Source: Sporopachydermia quercuum
Lineage: Eukaryota
NCBI GenBank assembly: GCA_001599295.1
Contig: BCGN01000007.1
Span: forward strand, 1,167,791 to 1,231,790
DNA: 64,000 nt
Reading direction: 5' to 3'
In this document: piece after piece, positions 34,664-45,419 of the stretch
Layout: every line of letters starts with the position of its first letter
Position numbering within the stretch: the first letter of the stretch is position 1
Made by a program: the position numbers and the translations under genes
The notes under the pieces: generated by a model
What the model was told of the DNA's origin: nothing
Database searches by the model: none
The model's input: the letters and a program-made list of their open reading frames with translations, nothing else

Positions 34664-36916
34664 ATGAACACAACCATTGCTACTGGGACAAAAGATAGTA
34701 CTTGTGGATGCAATGGAGAGAGCGAGGAAGAGATTCGTGCTAGAACTGTGAATTCATTCATATCCGTTACTGATCATTTGCAATGTGATATTTTCCGTTC
34801 ACTATGGTTTATCCGTTGTTTGGATAAGCGTTATAATGAAGGTATTAATAGGTTACACCAATTGCTCTCACTATATTTAACTGCAGTCAATAACAGTGAC
34901 CCGACCAACGGAAACGGGAAAAGTGATGAATCAGCGGGTCCTAGTAGATCCAGTCCTAGTAAATCCAGCCCTAGTAAATCCAATGCTAATAAATCTACTA
35001 TCTCCTCGCCTTACAGGCGGCAACGAAGCAGTGCAAATACCAGTTCTACGCCCGATTCAAAAGATGAGTTCATAAATGAACGAAATGAGCTCATCAAACA
35101 GCTACTACTGGAGAACGAGGGCTCTAAAGGTCTACTAGATCTAATCAATATAACGATCAACGACGATGTAGCAGCAATTCCGGCCGAGAATCTTAGAAAG
35201 GAAATCAAGAAACAAGCGGAAAGGTTGAAAACTCTGCGACAAACGTGCTATAAGCGCACAGAATATTTAAAGAATCTAGTGGCGTACGAAAGAACACAGC
35301 TAGAAGATGATTTGAGAAATATTGACTCTAACGTGGAGTATCTAGATAAATCCCTCAAAGGAAAGTCAGTCGAGAAAGTGGAGGTTGATGCTACTAGTAA
35401 TAAGCTGCTAGTACGTTTCAGGCGTAAGCAGGGTTCTATCGGAGGTACAAGCATTGAAGGCCAAATCCAAAAGAATGCTACCTTCAATACTACGAATAAG
35501 TCACCGCTCAAGATAAGACTTCCTGGCAGGGCAAGTGTAGAACAACATGTTATTCAGGCAAATCCTATTGATTTATCAACCATAAGAATTCACAGCGGTT
35601 TGAAACCCTCACTGAAACAACAAGCTGCAGTTGGAAGGGTATCTGAGACTGCTATTGCTGGCAAAATGCCAGTTGATATCGACCACTCAGAAGCAGAAGC
35701 AGAAGCAGAACTGTTCTCCAATGATGAAATACCGTCAGCTAGCACAACACCAACAGTCGCATCACCAGCTGCCTCTCCAGAGGATACTAGTGTGGGATTT
35801 AAACCGGAATTTAATGATAACGATGCTGTGCTGGCGGACAAGCTGCCGCTGACACCAGCAGATACTCACGATCTTGAAACTGAAAACGCAGACGCAGAAG
35901 TGTGCATAGAAAGCGAGAAGCTTCGGAGGAAAGACAAACATGTCCGATTTGTTGTTGAAGAAGGATCCGAGATAGTTTTACCACGCACAAGACGTAATAG
36001 CGATATGAGCATTCTCATCAATAGCAGTGATGGTTATAGTAATCGTAATAAACATAGAATCTCCGAAGACGATGGGAATATTAGGCGCAGTAAACGACTA
36101 CGCCATGATTCTGATGATAGTAAAGAGTTCGTCGCTCTAGACTACTATAAGACTAGGAAAATGGGTTCTAAGCAACTGCCTGTTGTTCCTATACGTGATG
36201 AACAGTACAGCGATTTGACTATTCATGCTTACGCTTTGCCTTCTCCACCACCAGAGAAAGATCATCTACTAGAAGAAGAACACGAGGAACACGATTACCA
36301 TCAAGAGTATGCGATTGAGAGTAAAGATTCTGTTATGCATGGGAAGCAGGTACACGAGAACGAGAGTTCGATTTCTGTTTCTCCAAAGAAAGAAGGTGGA
36401 GCAGAGAATGAAACAGAAAACTTTGAGACACCTGTTAGAAGAACTACAAGATCATCGAATGCCAAAATTAATCCCACAGCAATTAAAGGGGAAGACAAAG
36501 AAATGTTCAAACCAGAAAGGAGAGTGACTCGGTCACTTCGAAAGAAAGCAAGTAGGAATGCCGATATATTTTTCAAGGCAAAGGATGGAAGAACAGCTTC
36601 AAGCTTAGTCTCAAGTTATAGAACAAGATCTAAATCTACAGTCAAAGCTGATACAAATGATAAAACTCAACGGAAAGCAAAAAGGGGTGCTAATAATAAA
36701 AGTGTTAATAAGTATTGTTTCTGTAAAAAAAATTCTAAAGACGAAATGATTGCTTGTGATCATGAAGAATGTCCTATTGAATGGTTCCATGTTGGATGTG
36801 TTCTGGGTAAGAACTACAGCTCATTTGACTACAAAAGACTTATGAGACCGAGTGCTAAGTGGTACTGCAATGATTGCCGGAAGCAGCTTTTCCCTGCTCG
36901 TAACCTTCGTCATTGA
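34664..36916 (+). CDS. YNG1: ING-family PHD protein (NuA3 subunit Yng1-like), 750 aa
   Basis: N-terminal SFISVTDHLQCDIFRSL resembles Yng1 SFLSTLDHLPCELIRSL; C-terminal PHD YCFC..EMIACDHEECPIEWFHVGC..KWYCNDC. Divergent from CYT1 as in S. cerevisiae. First in-frame ATG is 34664 (the track start 34643 is TTG). Confidence 0.8.
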   Translation: MNTTIATGTKDSTCGCNGESEEEIRARTVNSFISVTDHLQCDIFRSLWFIRCLDKRYNEGINRLHQLLSLYLTAVNNSDPTNGNGKSDESAGPSRSSPSKSSPSKSNANKSTISSPYRRQRSSANTSSTPDSKDEFINERNELIKQLLLENEGSKGLLDLINITINDDVAAIPAENLRKEIKKQAERLKTLRQTCYKRTEYLKNLVAYERTQLEDDLRNIDSNVEYLDKSLKGKSVEKVEVDATSNKLLVRFRRKQGSIGGTSIEGQIQKNATFNTTNKSPLKIRLPGRASVEQHVIQANPIDLSTIRIHSGLKPSLKQQAAVGRVSETAIAGKMPVDIDHSEAEAEAELFSNDEIPSASTTPTVASPAASPEDTSVGFKPEFNDNDAVLADKLPLTPADTHDLETENADAEVCIESEKLRRKDKHVRFVVEEGSEIVLPRTRRNSDMSILINSSDGYSNRNKHRISEDDGNIRRSKRLRHDSDDSKEFVALDYYKTRKMGSKQLPVVPIRDEQYSDLTIHAYALPSPPPEKDHLLEEEHEEHDYHQEYAIESKDSVMHGKQVHENESSISVSPKKEGGAENETENFETPVRRTTRSSNAKINPTAIKGEDKEMFKPERRVTRSLRKKASRNADIFFKAKDGRTASSLVSSYRTRSKSTVKADTNDKTQRKAKRGANNKSVNKYCFCKKNSKDEMIACDHEECPIEWFHVGCVLGKNYSSFDYKRLMRPSAKWYCNDCRKQLFPARNLRH

Positions 36917-37080
36917 GATGGGGATTAATTATGACGATGAATGTATGGGATGAGGAGAAGATCATACTCGGTTCTTTTGTATTGCTACTTATTCACTGCC
37001 AATGACCTGTATTATAGTTAATAATGATAATATATATATTTATGTATAAGTGGCGGTATAGTAGGAAAAAAATTTGGGAA

Positions 37081-37890
37081 TCACCAAGCGTCTTTAGGAT
37101 TCTTCTTGTATTCATCGTAATCAGCTCTGTTGAACGCTGATAGTTCAGTTTCGTTTTCGACACCATAATCGCGTAAAGTCTTATTAGGATCGGAAAGAAT
37201 CCATTCTTCGTCATTCTCAAAATTGATAATGAGGTTCATAGACTGTATGATAAGTTAATATAGGTTTATAGTAAACGATAACGATGTATGTATGATGCAC
37301 ATAACTGTAGTTCTAATGTGATACACAATCACCAGCTCCCAATCTATTACATACCTTTGTTCCATGTGCCTTGGTATATATTTTAATAGTGTCTAAGTTC
37401 ACATTCCTGTAAGGCCTATAAGCAGCTTGCGTTCGAATAACTGGTATGGTTTCGCTCGTTAGTAAAAAAAAGTTCCAACATATTAATACTCCCTACATAA
37501 TAGAACCAAAAAAAAAAAAAAAATCCTGAGAATCATTTCCTCTCCTTCCTGCGATATCAAAACATACTGTATTTCACTTTCTCCAATAATTCACCTGCTG
37601 TAGTGTCCAGTAAATCAATGTCTTTCAACACTATATTCTTTTCGTTTCTGAAGTGAAAGGATTTGATAATCCGCACTGTAATGATAGCCATAGAAGCTAT
37701 GATGAGTTAGTTTCTGCTCGGAGATTCTTGGATTAAATGTAGAAATACAAAATGGTGATGCTGCTACCAACATATACGGTAAATAAGATACCGTCTGTCT
37801 AATATCTGCCTTTTGATTCAACTTCTATCACATACCTGGTCTTACAGTAGATGTAAGTGGCTCCTCCAAGTTCATTTCTAGATCAGCCAT
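37081..37890 (-). CDS. AIM29: Aim29 / C2orf76 (DUF2340) family; complement(join(37081..37242,37355..37440,37568..37696,37836..37890)), 143 aa
   Basis: Four exons joined by three GTATGT introns (branches AACTAAC, TACTAAC, TATTAAC). The product MADLEMNLEEPLTSTVRPASMAIITVRIIKSF...RPYRNVNLDTIKIYTKAHGTKSMNLIINF...YGVENETELSAFNRADYDEYKKNPKDAW matches Aim29 along its length. Absent from the ORF track. Confidence 0.93.
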
Positions 37891-38708
37891 TGTTGCGTTG
37901 TAATTTGAGAGCGATAAAGAATAGTATCAATAGTCCAAAGAAACGCTACTTATAACTAATAAGTATAGCATCAAATACGTCCTTGCAAATAGCCAATTAC
38001 TAAACTTTTGCATAATCATCAACAGCCTATAATATCAAATGATGTGATCTTCTCATCTCTCCCACATGCTCTTTTTCTAACACATCTTTTCCGTCTATTC
38101 CATCCCTCTCTTTTCTTTCTTGTACCAGTTCAAACTAACTTTACACAAATCACAGAAGGAGACTCTATGTATTATCTTGTGATTCGACCCCAAACCACAA
38201 GCCACAAGGGTCGAGAGTTAAAGTTGAATCTATTCACTTTTACTATTTTCGGAAATTGACCCAAACCTGTTGACGTTGCGATGCGATGTCTCCTCGAAAT
38301 GAACAACTTTTCCACTGTTGATATTATCTCTTTTATCTATGAATACTATATGAAAATGTACCTTATTCAGCTATATACACTTTGAAAGCTATAGACAGAG
38401 TGGCTAGGAGTTTCCTGACAGAAATCCTAGGCTCTCTTTTCCACGTTATCTGACATTGAGACTCCCTCTCCGTTTATGCTTCTAAGCAAGATCAACATCA
38501 AACGATAAGGAATAGAGAATGAATTGACATCCCACACTGGATATATCTTACTGAATAACCTCCAATTGATGAGTATCTATTCCTTTTCTCATTCTTTTCT
38601 ATTCTTACTTATTGCTGATATTTACTTTCAGCACAATTGCTAGATATCCAAGCATTTCTGTACATACCTTTATCCTACCTCAGTCACTCTTTGGCTTGCA
38701 TTACATAT

Positions 38709-40775
38709 ATGGATGGATTAGTTGATCTAGAACCAGTAGGGGAGCATTGGGTAGATTCCCAATATCGGATGTGTGTACGGTGGGTGAACGTGCAGCTTGC
38801 TGGAATCAAAGACTATGAGCCTGTCGAAGACCTCAAAAACCTGAGTGATGGCGTAAGACTAATACAACTCCTAGAGGTTCTTTCGAAAGAACGATTAGGT
38901 AAATACAATACTAAGCCCAAGCATAGATTCCAGAGAGCAGAAAATATAAACATTGCTATGGAATTCATGAAGTTCAAAGATATCCACCTTTACAACATAG
39001 GTACTGAAGATATAGTGGAAGGAAACCTGAAGCTCATCTCAGGAATGATATGGCTGTTAATCCTGCGGTATACTTTGAACGATATAACCAACAATACTGA
39101 TGGAGATTCTGCTCGCNATGCACTTCTGTTATGGTGTCAAAAACAGGCTGTTGATTATAAACCTTTGGTGGATATCAAAGACTTTTCAGTGTCTTGGAAA
39201 GATGGTCTGGCGTTCTGTGCCCTATTAGACCATTGTAGGCCTGATCTCATTGATTTCAAAGCACTGGACCCAAAAGACGTGAAAAACAACTTGGAGTTGG
39301 CTTTTGACATTGCTACCAAACAAATAGGTGTACCAAAACTGATAGAAGCCAAGGACATCTTTGATGTTGATGTTCCAGACGAGAGAATGATAATGACATA
39401 TATTGCATATTGGTTCCACGAGTTCTCGAAACCAAAAGTGATAAACACGTCAGCGAAGATGATTGAAAAGTTCATGGAAGGCAGAAAAACTATACTGGGC
39501 ATGCAATCAAACTTCGAGCAGAAAATAAGGGACCTGATGGAAGAAATCAATCAAATGATCATTAAATGGAACAGCATATCTTTGACTCAGGACTATAAAG
39601 AAAGCAAAGAGATAGAAAACGAATTGAAACACTACAGAGCTACTGTGAAAAGAAGTTGGGTTAATGGAAGAAGCGAACTTATTTATCTATATACAAACAT
39701 TCAAACCAAGCTGACCACGTATGAGATAAAACCTTATCAACCACCAAGCGATGCCAATTTAGACGTTCTGGCTGATTCATGGAAGACTCTTCTTGCCGAG
39801 GAAAGAAACTTTTCCCATGTGATCAACGAGACTCTGAGAGTGATTAAGGAAGAGCTGAAAGTGGAATTTGCATCGCTGGCCAATGAAATAGGTGAATCTC
39901 TTGAATCATTCATTCAAAGAACAAACCAACTGAATGGAGACCTGTCTGAACAGCTGGAGATGGTTGATAAGTTCAACGGAGAACTACGTCATTTCGGCCA
40001 AATGCTCAAGGATCTGAAAACAGTAGATAATAGTTGTAAAGATGCACATATTGAAGACAACGACTATACGATATATGAGTATGAGGACCTGGAATATGAA
40101 TACTCTTTGGCTAAACAGTCATTATTAAGGAAAGTGCAGTTCATTGAGAACCAAATGATAGCAAGAGATATAACAAGTTTGACGCCTGCGCAGTTGGAAG
40201 ACTATGAATCTAGCTTCAGATACTTTGACAGGGATAAGAAGAACTCGTTGACTTATGCTGAATTCCTAGATGCTTTACGAGGTTTAGGAATTATTGGAAC
40301 TGAGGAAGAATTACTGGAAATGTTCCTGATAGCATGTTCAGAAGAAGGCGGTGACGAAGGTGGTGATAATAGTAGCGCCAACAATAGTGCTGATGATGCC
40401 ATCAATGATTCTTCTAACAGTGTTGCAGAAGTTAGTACTGAAACAGAAGAGAATTCACTCAAGGACGCCTTACCCTCGGAAGAAGAGGTTGCTGATATGA
40501 TAAAAAACAAAACGGTAAGTTTCGAGCAGTTTATCAATCTGATGATAGATCTGCATGAGGATGATTTAACTGTGAGAGGCATAAAGGCGTGCTTTGTAGA
40601 GCTTGCTAAAGGAAAGCCATTCATTACAGAGGTAGAACTGAAGAGTAGTTCAGTGCCAGAACCTGTGATTGAAGCTATAAAAGAAGTTACACCAGTACTA
40701 AAGGATTCTTCTGGTGACGAAGGATATAACTATGTGAGCCTATTGGACCAGCTACAAAGAACAAGTGTAAATTAG
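38709..40775 (+). CDS. ain1: Fungal alpha-actinin-like protein (2 CH domains, short spectrin rod, EF-hands)
   Basis: CH1 LSDGVRLIQLLEVL..ENINIA..IGTEDIVEGNLKLISGMIWLLILRY; CH2 ALLLWCQ..IKDFSVSWKDGLAFCALL..PDERMIMTYIAYWFHEF; EF-hand FRYFDRDKKNSLTYAEF. First ATG is 38709 (the track start is TTG). Confidence 0.9.
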   Translation: MDGLVDLEPVGEHWVDSQYRMCVRWVNVQLAGIKDYEPVEDLKNLSDGVRLIQLLEVLSKERLGKYNTKPKHRFQRAENINIAMEFMKFKDIHLYNIGTEDIVEGNLKLISGMIWLLILRYTLNDITNNTDGDSARXALLLWCQKQAVDYKPLVDIKDFSVSWKDGLAFCALLDHCRPDLIDFKALDPKDVKNNLELAFDIATKQIGVPKLIEAKDIFDVDVPDERMIMTYIAYWFHEFSKPKVINTSAKMIEKFMEGRKTILGMQSNFEQKIRDLMEEINQMIIKWNSISLTQDYKESKEIENELKHYRATVKRSWVNGRSELIYLYTNIQTKLTTYEIKPYQPPSDANLDVLADSWKTLLAEERNFSHVINETLRVIKEELKVEFASLANEIGESLESFIQRTNQLNGDLSEQLEMVDKFNGELRHFGQMLKDLKTVDNSCKDAHIEDNDYTIYEYEDLEYEYSLAKQSLLRKVQFIENQMIARDITSLTPAQLEDYESSFRYFDRDKKNSLTYAEFLDALRGLGIIGTEEELLEMFLIACSEEGGDEGGDNSSANNSADDAINDSSNSVAEVSTETEENSLKDALPSEEEVADMIKNKTVSFEQFINLMIDLHEDDLTVRGIKACFVELAKGKPFITEVELKSSSVPEPVIEAIKEVTPVLKDSSGDEGYNYVSLLDQLQRTSVN

Positions 40776-41158
40776 AAGCTATCAAAGTTTTTGATAAGGT
40801 TGGTTAGAATATCACATGGATGAGCGAAAAGATAAAACACTATTACCTACTCAGCCATAGAGGCGGAATCAGAAATCAGTAGGAAAGAAATTTAACGACA
40901 TACGATTGAATGTGAAATCAAATAGATTGATACGAACCGGCACGAAAGAAGTAAATACTCAAACCAGATGGCATGAAATAATGACATTAATGAAAATCAA
41001 GAATCAGTCGTAATAAATAATAGTAATAGTAGTAAATTAATAAATAATAAATAATAAATAAAGATGTATGGCAAATAAGCTAACTATCAGCCTGAATAGG
41101 TATTACAACAATATAAATGATAATTACATTAAGTTAAGTTGATTTAGAATGAAGGCAA

Positions 41159-42270
41159 TCAAAGCTTGCGTGACTTAATATACTCATGCTCCATTGCTTC
41201 TTTGGCAGTCATTCGCTCTTGATGATCGTATCTCAATAATTTATCGACAAAATCAATAGCAGTAGGTGTTGCTAGCTTCATATTGGATTCAGTGATAAAT
41301 CTTTCCCATGGTTTCCTTGCATATGCACCTAGAACATCGTCATATTCATCACTCAAGGTCACATTATACTTCTTAATATACTTATATAAATCATCTGTCC
41401 CTAAAACCTTGGCAATTTTAACTAACTGATCTGTGTTGGAGTTACCCCGAAAAAAAGGTTCTCGTTGGAAGATTATAGCTGCAACCATTGCACCTAAGGA
41501 CCATAAGTCTAAAGAGTAATCGTATTGTTGGAAGTTAACCAAGAGTTCAGGTGCTTTATGATATCGAGATGCAACACGAACATTATACTCTGTTTCAACA
41601 TGATAAAACTCAGCTAGGCCCCAATCAATCAATCTTAGTTTCTTTTGTTCTGGGTCAATCATGATATTCTGGGGCTTAACATCTCTATGCATGATCCCCA
41701 TAGAATGACAGAAGTCTAGTGCGACCAATAGCTCATGAACATAGTATTTGATATCTTCAGCTGTGAATTTGGGATATAGAACTCGGAAATCAACGTTGTT
41801 TACTTTTTCGAATATCAGAGCAGGGATTTTACTTCCGGGGTCTCGTACTATATCGAGTAGTTCAATGATATTGGGTCCCCCCGATAGATTTTGAAGAATT
41901 TTCACTTCTCTGAGGATTTTCTTACTTTTCACTGGCTTGAGGACTTTTATTACGCACGGCTCATCATCTAAAAGATGAATTCCTTCAAACACTTCGGAGT
42001 ACTTTCCCCTGCCTATCTTTGACACGATTTCGTAGTTGGAAATGGTTCCCCAATCAATTATGCAGTCGTCTATATTCGTTAGCATATCATACTTTATTAA
42101 ATAGTTCGTAGAGTTGTAGTCACAGCATGGAATGAATACTTGGTACTTCTAGAGCATAAGAGACAGAAATACTTACCATAATGCCAATAACTCTTGGGTT
42201 TCTTTTCGTTAGCATCAGCATATATCCGAGCTCGAGAAGCAACTCTCCCGTTTCCTCCACCTCCAGACAT
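41159..42270 (-). CDS. CKA2: Casein kinase II catalytic subunit alpha'; complement(join(41159..42069,42177..42270)), 334 aa
   Basis: 107-nt GTAAGT..TGCTAAC..TAG intron. [46 protein letters not shown] and RVASRYHK are Cka2-type signatures. Confidence 0.95.
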
Positions 42271-43554
42271 ATTTTTAATGGGTTTCTGTCGTGAAGATAA
42301 CAGCACTATAAATACACTGAATGGATCTCAATGTCCTTCTGTTTCGTTAAGTATCACAGTTGGAGAGCGTAGGGTGCATTTAACTGTTCTCAGTGATAGA
42401 TCAATTAGTTGGTTTAAGCAAATAATAAACACAACAGGTATTTGCTTGATTTTATACAATTTCCCGTTTCTGCAATTATTTAGTTAGTAAATCTAATTAT
42501 AATGATTTAATACTATACTGTGAGCACGATACACCTACCTAGCCAGTAGGTATAATGGCAAACAGAGTGATAGATCTCCTAAATTTCGGCCTAGAGCTAT
42601 TAAGAAAATCTGCATTGCCCTTGTAACATGTCCTACCTACCAGCAATTCTCTGATCTAGTATTATATTTACTTACCTATTAGCAATCTATAATACACGCT
42701 TGATCAAATACCTGAGGCTGCACCTGTCACCTGTCAAAGAACCTGTATTCTCTAAGAACCTGGTAATTTAGGTAGAGAAACTGTGCTTTTATTAGCCCTG
42801 GCTAATACAAAAGAACTACTAGTATCGAATTAAACACTTGAGCTGTAAATACTGCTATTTTGATAGCAAACCAAAAGATATTTGTATATTTGATAATTGA
42901 TTATTAATTGATTATTGATTACACTAGAAGCACTGCTCCTTGAGCCATTTAGTAAGAGAAAAGAACGATGCTGATTGTAAGCATTCCAGCAGCTTTTTCG
43001 TTTTGTTTTTGTAGTGTTTTTCTTATTTCTTTTGTTTTGCAGTTTGTGTGAGAAGGGCTTTAAACCGTGGGGGAGTCACATGAGATAAAGATGAGATAAT
43101 TTCCGGTTTTTAGTTCTGTTTGCTGAGGATGGTTTGTCATTTATGATTACGTAACGTGTTTTGAGAAATCATTTTTTCGATTAGCTAATCGGAAAGTAGT
43201 TATAGAACAGTTCAGTAGAATGATTGTGAGAGTCGGATAGAAGATCCAGTACCGGCTGACTTGCAATGATCATTCATCTGATAGAAATGAGTGGGAAGAT
43301 CAAGATGGTCTAATTAATGAATATACTAGCAGGATATATGCTGTTATTTGACTGTTTTGTTGGACGTTGAGGGAATTGGCAGTGTGGGTTTTCTCTCGGT
43401 TGTCATATGAAAGATTTAGTGATTCTGTGTCGCGTCTGGACAATATAATGTCTATACTATGATGAACTTGAATAAATTGTAATATATTAATTGCGGCAAT
43501 CATAGCACTATTGGTTTTCTGTTATTTGGCTATTAGTCTAACTGATAAACCCCA

Positions 43555-44711
43555 ATGACTCAAAAGAGTCAGTGGGTTTTACAAGGTGAAGTTTCCATTG
43601 TGTTCCCACAGACGTTTAAGCAAATAGATGCTAATATCCAGACTGAAGCTTTGAAAGGTAAGTGCTCGCTGAAGTGTCTTTTACTCGGATTTATTTAAAC
43701 AAAAGAAGTTCATTCTAACTGGTGAGTATTAGGTATCAAAATATCAACACGACAAAAACGACATGCAGGTTTGGAGTTCCTGAAGGAAGGTTATGGTGAA
43801 CTGGAAGCACTATGTTACGTGAATCCATTGAAAATCCCTATATGTACCATGGCAAGTGGTCCTATTTTAATGTAAGTGCTAGATTTCGTGAATGAATAAG
43901 GAGTGGCTATATATGAGCTGGTTCTAACAGCAGATATTTTACTAGTGATTTGGAAAGCGAACACAGCAAAGACTACTTTGAAACCATGATGGAGTTCGCC
44001 GATGTTAACGACGACTCGGATATTCTCACGTTGGCTCTTTTAGTGAGAGAAAGAGCCGCCGCTAATGACAAGAAAGTAAACTCGTTGCACCATTTTGTTT
44101 TTTATATGGAAGTAGATGAAGAAATGGTTGTGCGGGTGATGGCATTTATATTAGGAATTTCTAAGGAAGTGAGTGATATAGCAGCCGATGTCCAGGAAAC
44201 GAAAGATGTTAAAGTGAAAGTGAAGAAAGAGGAAGTAGAAGGATCAGATAGAATGTTGTTTGGACAGTCACAGAGATCTTTTTCGAGGTCCCAATCATTT
44301 TCCTCTCAGTTGCCGTCAAATGATATACCTGAATCCAATATCAATCCTAAGACAAAATACTCAATTCAACAGCTAATTCTAGGAGGGTTACGGCTACAAG
44401 GTGTTACTAGCGAAGATCCAGACTATAAAGGATTATATCATAATACATATCGATCTGTGCGTTTTGCATTGGTAAGTTGTTCTCTTTTTGCTGTTATATG
44501 CAGACTATTCTATCGTTCTGTTTAAAGAACGTAGTGCTAACGTCATGATTAGAGAAAGCGCATCAGCCAACCAACAGCAATTCCTATATCTGATCTCCAA
44601 GAGATCGTGGAGACATTTCTCTCTCTTTTCCTTGGTACTGAGACCGATCAGCAGCTATCTACCTATGAGCTTGGTCCTGATAAGAAACGAACACTTCCAA
44701 GGCCATCTTAA
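43555..44711 (+). CDS. SLD7: Sld7-family replication factor; join(43555..43657,43733..43871,43934..44471,44553..44711), 312 aa
   Basis: Three GTAAGT introns with TTCTAAC/TTCTAAC/TGCTAAC branches and compatible phases. C-terminus LILGGLRLQG...YKGLYHNTYRSVRFALRK...LQEIVETFLSLF fits the Sld7 C-terminal domain. Divergent from CKA2 as in S. cerevisiae. MCB-like TCGCGT at 43430. Confidence 0.82.
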
Positions 44712-45179
44712 TTACCAACTAGAAGAATGGGCCGTTTACTCTGCTTCCAGGCATTCCAAGCAATCCTTTGGCCCGTAGTTCTACTAATAGTTTTTTTCCT
44801 TGCCTATATCCCAATTGTTGGTACTATTTTACCAAAAGTTTTGTTCGGATTCCAAGATGTATGCAGATTATTAAGACTAAGTAGTAGTAACTATACTGCA
44901 AAAAGATCTTACATGTGTNCCAGATAAAGTTAGTGCACAAATATGCAATATATACATTCATGTTACTGTTATCTACAGACTTCCTCTCCTCGTCTCGTTT
45001 AGTTTTACTGCTGAAAGACAATTAATTAGACATAGTAAGAAGTCGTAAACAGGAACAAGTATCTTCACCCTCCTCCACAAGATGATAATGATGAACAATT
45101 GATTTGTTGAAAAAATTAATATGATTCTATATAAACTTGGACAATCAGATGTACATCAAGTAATAAAACCTCTAGCACA

Positions 45180-45419
45180 ATGGTTGAAACTGACGCCGAC
45201 AGATACGTTATTTTGAACGAACAAGTGAAAGAGTTGCACGCGCGCTTGGTATTACTGTGTGAGAAACACGAAAAGCTGCGCCAACAGCAACTAGACATCT
45301 ATAAACTTGGAGTGTCTTTGAAATCATTAGATTTCCTCATATCAAGAGGAATGGATCTTGAATTTGTTGAAAAAAAGAAATCACCTGCAGCCACGAACGC
45401 ATTGACTATATCAAAGTAA
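45180..45419 (+). CDS. HSK3: Small coiled-coil protein, probable DASH complex subunit Hsk3
   Basis: 79 aa, ATG with A at -3. The pattern RYVILNEQVKELHARL...QQ..I.KLG...S resembles Hsk3 (RQYNQLAHELRELQTNL...Q...QLG). Similarity is weak and recalled only. Confidence 0.5.
   Translation: MVETDADRYVILNEQVKELHARLVLLCEKHEKLRQQQLDIYKLGVSLKSLDFLISRGMDLEFVEKKKSPAATNALTISK

Noticed and set aside
41159..41173. PTS1-like C-terminus SRKL on Cka2
   Set aside because: The terminal tripeptide RKL is not a canonical PTS1.
42169..42177. U1-like ATACTTACC
   Set aside because: It is simply the reverse complement of the CKA2 5' splice site.
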